Shown: one piece after another, positions 8,309-17,356 of the stretch
Layout of the letters: each line of letters starts with the position of its first letter
Position numbering within the stretch: the first letter of the stretch is position 1
Origin: Candidatus Woesearchaeota archaeon
GTDB taxonomy: Archaea; Nanobdellota; Nanobdellia; Woesearchaeales; GW2011-AR9
Reading direction: 5' to 3'
DNA length: 64,000 bases
Assembly: GCA_945861715.1 (NCBI GenBank)
Contig: CAMAVK010000004.1
Span: forward strand, 784-64,783
The notes under the pieces: model-generated
Told to the model about the DNA's origin: nothing
Database searches by the model: none
The model's input: the letters and a program-made list of their open reading frames with translations, nothing else
Translations under genes and position numbers: made by a program

Positions 8309-9955
8309 TTAACATCCCCACTCTGCTGGCACTTGCCATATAGTGGTGTTTAGTGTTGTGTTGTACAATAACCTCGTTGAACTGGAAGTTTTGTTGGTAC
8401 AGTTTCCAAGGCTTGCTGAACATTGCCATAATTCACTTACATTACCTGGAATTCCAATTTGTAATTTTGTTGGTCTAAATGAGTTTATTAGCTCTTGACA
8501 TTTCGATGTTCCTAGACCAATGAATTTCCCAGTTGATGTGGAGTTGAAGGCAATGTCGTTTCCTGCTGTAAAGTTTTGGGCTGAGCTGCTTACTTTACTT
8601 CCCAGGCTTGCGTTGACTAATACTATACGCCAATATTGACTACCTGTTGAATTTGGATTCTCAATTATCATGTTGAAACTTTTGGATTGGGTGTAGTTTA
8701 GTTGTATACCTGTTGAGGTATTGGCATTCATATCTTGTTTTGTTCCATCTGGCAGTTCAAATGTAAATTTCATATTTCCCATTGGATCAGATGCTATAGC
8801 ACCATTTTGTGTTTGGAAGGGAAATGTAAACGTACTTGAACAAGATTTACAACTGGCAAAACTGTTTTTGGTCGTAAAATTTAAACATCCACTTATCGCA
8901 CAGTTACTTGAGATGTCACATACTTTGGTTTTTAAGTAATAAGTTGTTGCATTTGTCAAAGTATAAGGGAGACGTTGCGGGTTGAAGCTGTAGCTATCAA
9001 TTGTTCCATCATGCCATGTGTTGTAGTCTATTTTTCCTGAGTCTAGTAATCCATTGTCTAGAATCGTTGCGTTTAGGGTAGTACATGAACTATCGTTATA
9101 ATAAAATTGGATAGTACCATTTGCAGGTTCACTGGTATCATAGGTAATGAAGGCACTATCGGGAAATGTATCAGATTTAAACCATGTTATTTTTGGTGCT
9201 GTTTTATCGTTTGGATCAATTGCAAGTGTTCCACCACAAAAGAAGGAATCAGTTTTACAACCGGAATCAGTACAATCGGTTAAGCCGTCTGCGTCGTTAT
9301 CAATATTATCACCACATTGGAATCCTACTTCATTAGGAGTGTAACCAAATTTAAGAAAATTTGAGCAATCAGGATCCATACTGGCTATTAATCCATCACC
9401 ATCTGCGTCTCCACCGGAGTTTTCACAATCTTCAAATTTAAAGTCAAATGATCCTTGGGTGTAATAATATGGTCCGTCATTATCTACAATTAAACTATCA
9501 TTTGAACTGTTCCCAGAGGTAATATAGAGGCGGAGGTCTTTTGATTTATTGAACAAGTTTCTAAATTTGAATAATTCTGTTTTTTCAATTCCTATTACTG
9601 GTCCGCTTACTTTGCCACACATTAATTGTGAGCTTACACCTAATGGAATTGGCACTGGTCCCCATGAACCATTCACACATTGATATGATGCTTTGGTTTC
9701 TTGTAAATTGGTTGTCCATTTTCCAGAGTATTTAAATGAGAATTCGTACCCTGTATTGTTTGGATTATCTCGACTTGCACAATGGTTTGTGCTGTTTCCG
9801 TCAGCGTCAAAATACCAGATGTACGTTGCGTTTCTATCACCTGTTCCAGGTTGGAACATGAAGTTTCCACCGTCTCCATCAGAACCGGAAGGGCGCACTG
9901 GAATATTTTTACATGTTGCTGCTAAACTAAAATTACTTACAGTCATTCCAATCAT
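8309..9955 (-). CDS. Cys/Asp-rich surface protein, C-terminal part (Ca-binding-like DxDxDG motifs, FN3-like domain)
   Basis: Motifs DADGDGLIASMDPDC and CGDNIDNDADGLTDCTDSGC, plus FN3-like DSAFITYDTSEPANGTIQFY...TTYYLKTKVCDISSN. It is in frame with the upstream ORF. Confidence 0.75.
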   Translation of the reverse strand: MIGMTVSNFSLAATCKNIPVRPSGSDGDGGNFMFQPGTGDRNATYIWYFDADGNSTNHCASRDNPNNTGYEFSFKYSGKWTTNLQETKASYQCVNGSWGPVPIPLGVSSQLMCGKVSGPVIGIEKTELFKFRNLFNKSKDLRLYITSGNSSNDSLIVDNDGPYYYTQGSFDFKFEDCENSGGDADGDGLIASMDPDCSNFLKFGYTPNEVGFQCGDNIDNDADGLTDCTDSGCKTDSFFCGGTLAIDPNDKTAPKITWFKSDTFPDSAFITYDTSEPANGTIQFYYNDSSCTTLNATILDNGLLDSGKIDYNTWHDGTIDSYSFNPQRLPYTLTNATTYYLKTKVCDISSNCAISGCLNFTTKNSFASCKSCSSTFTFPFQTQNGAIASDPMGNMKFTFELPDGTKQDMNANTSTGIQLNYTQSKSFNMIIENPNSTGSQYWRIVLVNASLGSKVSSSAQNFTAGNDIAFNSTSTGKFIGLGTSKCQELINSFRPTKLQIGIPGNVSELWQCSASLGNCTNKTSSSTRLLYNTTLNTTIWQVPAEWGC

Positions 9956-10864
9956 CTATCTGTCGAAGTCGTCCATTAATCCTACATCTAACACATCTAA
10001 ATGGGGATAAATAGTATTATTTGAGCTGTCTGTTCCCAAAATTGTTGGTTGTTTGTTTCCAAGTTGGTTTACGAAGTTAGCATCTGATTTTGATTGACAC
10101 CATCCGGGGAATTCAGATGAGCTTACGTTGTTTGAGGCTTTTTGATCTACAAAGTAGGTACATGTGGTATTCATTTGACCATTACATTTTGTTTGATTTC
10201 CATTGCCGTTAAAACATCCTCCACTAAATGCGGTTGCTTCACATGTGCCTGAAATTTGTTCACAGAGTCCTTTGGTAATGGTGGTGTTTGCACAGCTTGA
10301 TGAACTTAGGCTAAAACAGGATGGTTGACAGTTACCAGCTGGGTTAAATTGTGTATTCCATGAACAGATTTGTGTTGGTTGTCCTGCAATACTAAAGTTT
10401 GCTTCACAAGCAGCTTGACTATTTCGCCTGCTTGCGTTGCTGTTACATTGTGAGAAGACTACTGGTTCACACCATCCACTTTGTCCTCCTGGTCCTGAAA
10501 AACCACTGCTTCCACTATTCCAACCACATGCGGTATTTGTTGTACATGCTGATAGGTTCTGGGATTGAAAACAGGAACTAAAGAGTGTTTCATTTTGCAT
10601 ACATAATGGTGTACTTGCGGTTTGGAATGAACATCCTGCAGTTGCGTTACATCCTGCAGAATTTCGCCCTTGTGCTCCACATTGAGCTCCTGGGAAATCA
10701 CAGTGACCTGAACTTCCTGCTCCGAATTGTTGATCAAATCCATCACGGAGCCATTGACATCCATTGGTTGTGAATTTCTTAATGTCGGAAGAATTAAATA
10801 TGCAGTTGAGGTAGTTATGGTATGCGATATCTTTCAAAACTTGGTGTGCGTGAAGTTCGTGCAT
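8309..10864 (-). pseudogene. Probable single large Cys-rich surface protein gene interrupted by one in-frame TAG (9956-9958) and lacking its 5' end
   Basis: The junction reads GAC TTC GAC AGA TAG ATG ATT GGA in one frame. The upstream part has Cys-rich modules, no signal peptide, and runs into the pgk start. Confidence 0.55.
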
Positions 10865-11979
10865 TACAAGATAAAATAGTTCTTTTGCGATGTGATTTGA
10901 ATGTTCCTCTTGTAAACGGTAAGATTACGGATGATAGAAAAATTAGGGAGTCTGTTGCGACGATAAGGATGCTACTTTCTTTTGGTTGTCGGGTGATTAT
11001 TATAACTCATTTAGGTGAGCCAAAAGGGGTAGATTCTGCCTTGTCTTCAAAGGTTCTTCTTGGTTCTTTGTCTTTGCGGTTGAAGAAAAAGGTTATGTTT
11101 TCTACTCTTGCTGATTTGAAGAAAGGTTCCTTTGGTATTTCTTGTGGATTTGATGTCGTCTTACTTGAAAATATTCGCTTTGATTCGCGAGAGGTTGCAG
11201 GTGATATTGGTTTTGCTCGTGAGTTGGTATTGCTTGGTGATGTATATGTTAATGATGCATTTGCTGTGTCACATCGGGCGCATGCGTCGGTATCGCTGTT
11301 GCCTACACTTTTACCATCGTATGGTGGATTGCTTCTTGAGAAAGAGGTTACTGCGCTGTCACAAGGGTTGTCTTCAGGTCGAGGTGTTCAACGTGGTTCT
11401 GTTTGGGTGATTGGTGGAGCGAAGTTGAGTAAGATAGGGATTATTTTGAGTGCTTTGAAAAATGCAGAGCATGTGTTACTTGGTGGAGCTCTTTGTTTAC
11501 CACTTATTAATCCGTGGGGTGTTGATGTTGAGACGTTGGGGTTAGTTGCGAAGTTACGTGCTTCACGTGGGTTTTCTAAAGTTGTGTTGCCAGTGGATTT
11601 TAATTGTTTGGATAAGATGACTGGTAAAGTTCGGGTTGTTGAGGCTGATTTGATTGATGATTCCGTTTTTGCATATGATATTGGTCCTGCCACTGTTGCG
11701 TTGTTTTCTCAGTATGTACATGGGGCGAAGACGGTGGTTTGGAATGGGCCTCTTGGTTATTTTGAGAAGAAGCCATTTCATATTGGTACAAAGAAGGTTT
11801 TGGGGTCAATACGGAGTGGAACGGTTGCTATTTGCGGTGGTGGTGAGACTTCAGAAGCGGTTCGGGTGTTGCGCTTAGGCTCTAAGTTTACTCATATCTC
11901 GACGGGTGGTGGAGCGAGTTTGGCCTTTTTATCAGGGGAAAAGATGCCTGGGTTAGTTGGATTGGAGAAAAGTGGATGA
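10822..11979 (+). CDS. pgk: Phosphoglycerate kinase
   Basis: Motifs LLRCDLNVP, THLGEP, LLENIRF, YVNDAFAVSHRAHAS, VIGGAKLSKI, DIGP, WNGPLGYFE and HISTGGGASL. Confidence 0.97.
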   Translation: MRYLSKLGVREVRALQDKIVLLRCDLNVPLVNGKITDDRKIRESVATIRMLLSFGCRVIIITHLGEPKGVDSALSSKVLLGSLSLRLKKKVMFSTLADLKKGSFGISCGFDVVLLENIRFDSREVAGDIGFARELVLLGDVYVNDAFAVSHRAHASVSLLPTLLPSYGGLLLEKEVTALSQGLSSGRGVQRGSVWVIGGAKLSKIGIILSALKNAEHVLLGGALCLPLINPWGVDVETLGLVAKLRASRGFSKVVLPVDFNCLDKMTGKVRVVEADLIDDSVFAYDIGPATVALFSQYVHGAKTVVWNGPLGYFEKKPFHIGTKKVLGSIRSGTVAICGGGETSEAVRVLRLGSKFTHISTGGGASLAFLSGEKMPGLVGLEKSG

Positions 11980-12025
11980 AAAACGATGAAAAAAAAGTGA
12001 GATAAAAAAATATCAAATTAAAATT

Positions 12026-12574
12026 CTACGCTGCTGCAGTTACTGCTACTTTCTTTTTTTCAACGACAACTACTCTGCATGGGCATGGCATTTTACTTGC
12101 TGCTCGTTGTAATGCGGTTCGACCCAATTTGGAGTTTACAGCGTTGATTCGTAGTTCAAAGATAGTTTGACCAGTAAATAGTCTTGCAGCACATGATATT
12201 GCTTTACCATATGCCTTCTGCATACCTGTACTGACACGATCTGCTCCTGCTCCGGTTGCGGCTGCATTTTCACGTAGTACGTGGAAAGGGTATAGTTTTA
12301 AGCGTAGATGGTAGTCTTTTCCTATTGCTTTTTCTAGAACTCGGTTGCAAACCATACGGCCTGACTCTAGAGCATTGTGCCGGATGTTTAGGTCTCTTGT
12401 GGTTACAAGTCGAATTGTTTGATCATATTCTTTTTGGGGGCTACCCATGTCGAATTTAATAATTTTAATGTGCGGGAATCCACCACGTACAAAGTTAAGC
12501 TTGTTGAACTTACTGATACGGGTGTACGGTCGTTTTAAATTTTGATATGCGCTGAATTTTCGAATACGTGCCAT
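12026..12574 (-). CDS. rpl10e: 50S ribosomal protein L10e (uL16)
   Basis: Motifs KRPYTR, QIRHN-like NIRHNALESGR, LYPFHVLREN, ATGAGADRVSTGMQKAYGK and ALQRAASKMP. Confidence 0.97.
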   Translation of the reverse strand: MARIRKFSAYQNLKRPYTRISKFNKLNFVRGGFPHIKIIKFDMGSPQKEYDQTIRLVTTRDLNIRHNALESGRMVCNRVLEKAIGKDYHLRLKLYPFHVLRENAAATGAGADRVSTGMQKAYGKAISCAARLFTGQTIFELRINAVNSKLGRTALQRAASKMPCPCRVVVVEKKKVAVTAAA

Positions 12575-12695
12575 AGCTCACAAAAAATGGGGGCCCTTTA
12601 TAAAGATTTCTAGTCATCGTTGATAGGGCAGCCAAAACTCATATAAATGCAAGTTGTGGTATTGCTTCAGCGTACGTAAGATTAGGTGTTTATTG

Positions 12696-13094
12696 ATGGT
12701 CCATACTCGATTTGTGCAGGCATACAGTAGTATAGCTATTGGTACGGGCGTGTTGAGTGTTCTTCATGACGTAATGCTTGTGTTTGTTTTCCAGAATAAG
12801 TACTTTGATTTGACGGTTAATTTTTTGTTCATTCTGTTGTTTTTTCTTTCAATACTTGCCATTGGGGTGTATCATTTTTGGCATGAGGAGAAGAAATTAT
12901 TTTATTTGCCACGGTTCTTTTTAGGGATGTTTTTTGTTGGGTTGATTGGTTCTATCTTGCTTCTTTCGTTCTCGGTTACAGTAGGGCTAGGTTATATTCT
13001 TACATTAAGTAGTATACTTTTTGCAGTTGGACTTGTTAGTTTAGGTGTATATAGTTTGAAATTTTCTAAAGAGAACTTTGCACACAAGAAATGA
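12696..13094 (+). CDS. Four-helix membrane protein
   Basis: Four hydrophobic segments. ATG at 12696 is preferred over the ORF-track start. Confidence 0.7.
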   Translation: MVHTRFVQAYSSIAIGTGVLSVLHDVMLVFVFQNKYFDLTVNFLFILLFFLSILAIGVYHFWHEEKKLFYLPRFFLGMFFVGLIGSILLLSFSVTVGLGYILTLSSILFAVGLVSLGVYSLKFSKENFAHKK

Positions 13095-13218
13095 ATTGTA
13101 GTTTATTATTTAAAAAAATCATAGATTTTCTGACCCAAAATAATCTGTTTTCCTTTTTTCTTGTTTTCGTACAGAAATAAACAAGTTCGAAGGAAGGTTA
13201 TTCTTCCCTCCTGCGTAT

Positions 13219-13238
13219 CAAAAGAGGACTCTCTTTTG
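13219..13238. terminator. Perfect 8-bp hairpin between convergent genes (possible terminator)
   Basis: caaaagag-gact-ctcttttg in the convergent intergenic gap 13095-13323. Confidence 0.35.
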
Positions 13239-13323
13239 TGCATGTTTATTTCTGGCAATTCATATTTTCATGGTAAAGTGCTCTAAAAAAGGCAAGTAAA
13301 AAAAAGATGATAAAAATAGAAGT

Positions 13324-14094
13324 TTATACTTGGGTTGTGAGCCACTTTATGTACGCATAGAGAACCACTGCAAGATTAATCATGCGAAAGTTAACTTGTT
13401 GCGCTCGGTCGACTCCTCGTTTGATGATGAGCATGTTTGCTCTAATCTTTTCTGCTTCTTCGAGGTGTTGTGCTGGGAGTCGCCGTTTAATGTCGGTATA
13501 TGATGATTTTTTGATTTCTTCTTCTAGGCTGTAGTGAAAGAGGAATCCTCGGTCCAGTGATTCGATTAAACCATCAACTGCCGCTATTTCTCCTTCATTT
13601 ACGAGATCGGGGTATTTGAAGACAAACTCGTCATTGCGAAGAATTTTTTTGAACATGTCTTTTAATCGGCTGTTAGCAAGGTTTTTTTGTTCTGGTGTTC
13701 GTAATTTGCTTAAGCTGTTTAAAAGAGGTGTTATTTCTTGGGTGAATTGTTTTTGCCAGTTGTGTACTTCATATACATACATGAGGCTGTTTTGGATGGG
13801 AACGGGTAATTCTCGTAAAATTTGAGCTGTTCTGATACAATTAGCGCTTTCGTGAATTTCGTTTTTCTCTTCGACTAACTTGTTTACAAGTTCGAGAGTT
13901 GGTTCAATGATTGGTAGTGCTTGTTCAATATGTGCTTTGTCTGTGTCGGATACTAAGAAGTCTGAGAGAAGTTCTTGTATTTGTGCGTCCTGAAATGGGT
14001 AAGGAGTTTTTTGTTTTAGTTCGCGGATAAGGTACACACTTTCTAAATCGGATGCTTTTTGATTGAACTGACTTAGTTTATGGATATATAGCAT
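13324..14094 (-). CDS. Hypothetical helical protein
   Basis: Long ORF with an SD-like gagggtga before ATG at 14094. No motif recognised. Confidence 0.75.
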   Translation of the reverse strand: MLYIHKLSQFNQKASDLESVYLIRELKQKTPYPFQDAQIQELLSDFLVSDTDKAHIEQALPIIEPTLELVNKLVEEKNEIHESANCIRTAQILRELPVPIQNSLMYVYEVHNWQKQFTQEITPLLNSLSKLRTPEQKNLANSRLKDMFKKILRNDEFVFKYPDLVNEGEIAAVDGLIESLDRGFLFHYSLEEEIKKSSYTDIKRRLPAQHLEEAEKIRANMLIIKRGVDRAQQVNFRMINLAVVLYAYIKWLTTQV

Positions 14095-14162
14095 TTTTTC
14101 ACCCTCTTTTTGCAACTAGTGGCTGAACGCACTGGTATTTTCTTTAGGAGTTGTGGTTCCTT

Positions 14163-14471
14163 TTAAATTCTTGCGATTTTATCTGATTTTCCACAATATG
14201 GGCAAACAAGGTTGTAGGTGATGTTCGCTTTGTTTTCGTCTACTTTGAATTCGTATTTGCAGCGTCTGCAATCGTATTTGAAGTAGTCCGAAGAAGGCAG
14301 TCTTGGTGCTCTGCTTGGAATGTCAGGATGAGTTTTTGTTCGTTTCGTTTTTTCAAGGCATGCTTCACAGAGAACCAAATTTCCACCCATCGGTTTTGGA
14401 TATAATCGTACCATTTCAAGAGGTACGTTTGCTTTACATTTATCACATGTTTTTGTTTTGCGGATGTCCAT
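14163..14471 (-). CDS. Small protein with two zinc-ribbon modules
   Basis: CDKC...CEAC and CRRC...CPYC, with an SD-like aggtga upstream. Confidence 0.8.
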   Translation of the reverse strand: MDIRKTKTCDKCKANVPLEMVRLYPKPMGGNLVLCEACLEKTKRTKTHPDIPSRAPRLPSSDYFKYDCRRCKYEFKVDENKANITYNLVCPYCGKSDKIARI

Positions 14472-14632
14472 ACTTTCACCTTTTTTTGCTATTGTCTCTT
14501 TTAGTTTGAGATATATTAAGTTTATTTCTGTTTTTTGTGTTTGGATATATTTAAAGATACCTTGACAAAGGAGGTGCTATTGTAGTGTGTATTCTGGAGA
14601 AGTTTGGTTGCTGTTATGAAGTGCAACATGAA

Positions 14633-15061
14633 CTATGGCATGTTATTTGTTGTTAATGTGCAATATCGGCTGATGACGGAATTGCTATATTGGGTTATTT
14701 CAGATTTGCTTAGAAAATAATTTTTATTTTGATCTATTTTTGGGAGACTGTTTTGGAGTACTTCCTCAATTTGTTTTGTATTGTATGGGTTTTTTATGAG
14801 TCTGAGACGACCAACACCTTGTACATCTCCTGTTATACATGTTGTGTTGAAGACGCCTTGGTCGATTGCACTTAAAACAATTATTTCTGCAAGTGATTCT
14901 TTAAGAGTTGTGTATTGTGCATTTACTCGTCCTATTTCCGGCATTTTTTGATATGTTAGGTTTGCATTTGGGTGTGGATTTACGTTTGATTGTGGATTTG
15001 TGATTATCGGAGTTTGGCTTGCACATGCTGATAGTATGAGGGGAAGGAAATATTGTTTCAT
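14633..15061 (-). CDS. Putative lipoprotein with an EF-hand-like loop
   Basis: Lipobox-like LILSAC and an EF-hand-like IDQNKNYFLSKSEI. Confidence 0.55.
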   Translation of the reverse strand: MKQYFLPLILSACASQTPIITNPQSNVNPHPNANLTYQKMPEIGRVNAQYTTLKESLAEIIVLSAIDQGVFNTTCITGDVQGVGRLRLIKNPYNTKQIEEVLQNSLPKIDQNKNYFLSKSEITQYSNSVISRYCTLTTNNMP

Positions 15062-15200
15062 TTGATTTAGTTGTTATTTGGGGTATTTAGAGTGTTGCTC
15101 TAGAGTTTTTTCAGGGTATTCACTGAGTATATGTTATTATGTGGTTGAATGTGTATTATTTCCGGAATCTTTTTGAATAGGTGTTTTAGTTTTGGTAATT

Positions 15201-15641
15201 ATGGATATTTCACGTCAATATGAAGAATTAGTTATTTCTGGATATGTTTGTGTTGTTATTGTGGATGAGCAGAGAGTTAAAACACTTGTTCGAGTGGCAA
15301 AGGATAGCGCTGAATTGGCTACCACACATATTGCTTCTTTGAAGAGCAAGGATAATTACTTTCCTATTCTGGTTCAAGTTAATGGGGTGTTGCAAGATTA
15401 TGCGCGCGCGTTGTTGTATTCTATTGGAGTTGAGGTTGATGATTCGCATTTGTATTTGGCACTTTGTGTGCGCTTTCCTGGGTTAGAGTTAGATTATACT
15501 TTACTTGAGAGTATTCGCGGTAAATGTGAGATGGGTGATGGAGTATTTTTGAAACAATTGGATTGGAAAAAAGTAGAGTTGTATGTTCGGATGTTTTTGG
15601 GTGTGATGTCTGAGTATTGCGATGAGAGGGGTTGGAAGTGA
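15201..15641 (+). CDS. Hypothetical helical protein, possibly a degenerate HEPN-like domain
   Basis: All-helical pattern ARALLYSIG..DSHLYLAL....ELDYTLLESIRGK. The assignment is by recollection only. Confidence 0.5.
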   Translation: MDISRQYEELVISGYVCVVIVDEQRVKTLVRVAKDSAELATTHIASLKSKDNYFPILVQVNGVLQDYARALLYSIGVEVDDSHLYLALCVRFPGLELDYTLLESIRGKCEMGDGVFLKQLDWKKVELYVRMFLGVMSEYCDERGWK

Positions 15642-16057
15642 AACAATTACTAGGTCATATTTCTGAGGGTACGGGACGATATTCTTTTTTAGTTGATTGT
15701 CTTGATGATGGTCATTTGTATGCACGTTTGGAGAGACGTTTAGGTAGTGATGCATATATTGAACGAGTTTCTTTTTGTCGGTTGCATGATTCGTTGTATG
15801 TGGACCTGGTTACGGATGATTTTCCAGCTCTGACTGAGTTTCGGTATCATGTTCGAGTTCCATGCATTGGATTGAGTTCTTTGGATGTTCTTCTTGCGGT
15901 TTCTGAGGATCCAGATTATCCATTTGAAGATTTGTTTGAAATAAAGAATTTTTGTGAAAAATATAGTTTTGAGCTTTCAGTGATTCGGGCGTTTGGGTAT
16001 GAGAATGAAGTGGAGAGACGATTTGGGAATGGCATGCGGTTATTGAAGAAGGAATAG
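15638..16057 (+). CDS. Hypothetical protein, translationally coupled to the previous ORF
   Basis: GTGA start/stop overlap at 15638-15641. The product is acidic. Confidence 0.55.
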   Translation: MKQLLGHISEGTGRYSFLVDCLDDGHLYARLERRLGSDAYIERVSFCRLHDSLYVDLVTDDFPALTEFRYHVRVPCIGLSSLDVLLAVSEDPDYPFEDLFEIKNFCEKYSFELSVIRAFGYENEVERRFGNGMRLLKKE

Positions 16058-16106
16058 TATGTTTGGATATTCGAAGGAAAAAAATAAAATTTCTATCATA
16101 GTTGGT

Positions 16107-17291
16107 TTAATCTAAAAATTCTTTGTTTTTAATCTTTTCAGGGAGGTATTTCTCTGAGATGAAGGAAATTCCTTTGGATGAGAGAGCTTGGATTTCTACT
16201 TTGTTGCCGAATTCTTTCATCATTTTGAATTGGCGTTGCCATTCTTTGTTTTTTTCAAACCATTCGTAGTTTTGCATTTGTTTTAGTCTGGCGGTATCTT
16301 GATCTGTTAGTTTGATGAAGTGGCGTTTAAGGTCGTAGTTGATTACGTCATCGCAGGTAATCCCAATGAATTTTACACCAGGGATGGCCATTTCTGAGGC
16401 CATATGAGCTAATGAGATTGATCCATATTTAATTACACTGTAGATGTACCATCCCCATGGGTCGTTATCAGCCAAGACAAAAATGGGTAATTTGTGTTCG
16501 TTACTTAGTCGTTGGAGAAGTCGTCTAATACCTCTTGTGGTTTGTCCTTGGGATGACATGATTAAACAACTTTGTTTTTCCCAGAATCGGTCTTCATGCA
16601 AACGTTCCCATACGGCAGCCTTTTCCATATACAAAATGTATTTGGCGTCTACTTTTTTGAATTTTATATTTTCTACGTTACTTGGGATTGACCATCCACC
16701 TGAACCTAATCTGGACCAATCAATGGTATCTCCTGAATCTTCAATGATTACTTTTCCTGCAACGGAGCCCATTTTGTTTGCGTTGACGTGCAGTTGTTCA
16801 CGACTGAAATTGGTGATTATTTCAAGGTCTTCAATTGCTTTATCAGATTCGGTTTGTTCGTCTACTACGTTTAATTTGGTATTTGGGATGGTACGCTTCG
16901 CCATATAAAATACGTCTCGCAGACTAGCATGTTTTTTTACATCAAGAAGATTTTTACAGATAGATGCCACTTCTATTGTTTGCAAGAATTTTTTTGTGTG
17001 GGATGCGTTAAAGAAGAATCGTTGTGCTTTTTTGTCCCCGAGGGTGAGGGTTTTATTTTCCTTGTCATAGATGACGTTGCTTAAGCCTCTTACTGATAAT
17101 TCAATTTTGGGATTATTTCCTAATTGAATATCTTTTACAATTTCTTTTCCAATATTGACGAGTTCTTTTGTGACGGGAGTGTTAGCTGGGATGTATGGGA
17201 CGTGATGAGAATCATCGCCCGTTTGGTTAGATGATGCTTTGGCTGGATCTAGTTTTTGTTGTCCATTTTCTTGCGTTTTTTTTGCTGCCAT
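16107..17291 (-). CDS. top6A: DNA topoisomerase VI subunit A
   Basis: Motifs SLRDVFY (catalytic Tyr), EQTESDKAIEDLE, TOPRIM YMEKAAV and LADNDPWG, and KVEIQAL. Confidence 0.98.
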   Translation of the reverse strand: MAAKKTQENGQQKLDPAKASSNQTGDDSHHVPYIPANTPVTKELVNIGKEIVKDIQLGNNPKIELSVRGLSNVIYDKENKTLTLGDKKAQRFFFNASHTKKFLQTIEVASICKNLLDVKKHASLRDVFYMAKRTIPNTKLNVVDEQTESDKAIEDLEIITNFSREQLHVNANKMGSVAGKVIIEDSGDTIDWSRLGSGGWSIPSNVENIKFKKVDAKYILYMEKAAVWERLHEDRFWEKQSCLIMSSQGQTTRGIRRLLQRLSNEHKLPIFVLADNDPWGWYIYSVIKYGSISLAHMASEMAIPGVKFIGITCDDVINYDLKRHFIKLTDQDTARLKQMQNYEWFEKNKEWQRQFKMMKEFGNKVEIQALSSKGISFISEKYLPEKIKNKEFLD

Positions 17292-17356
17292 GTTATTGTG
17301 TTAATTGTTTTTTTATTGTGTTAGGGTGAATAATTGACTTGTTACATATAACTCAT

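Noticed and set aside
9956-9958. Genome-wide TAG reassignment or pyrrolysine as the explanation for the in-frame stop
   Set aside because: TAG ends several well-conserved genes at their expected ends (guaB-like, dnaG, rps14, rpl32e, rpl18, rpl30). No pyl genes are in the window.
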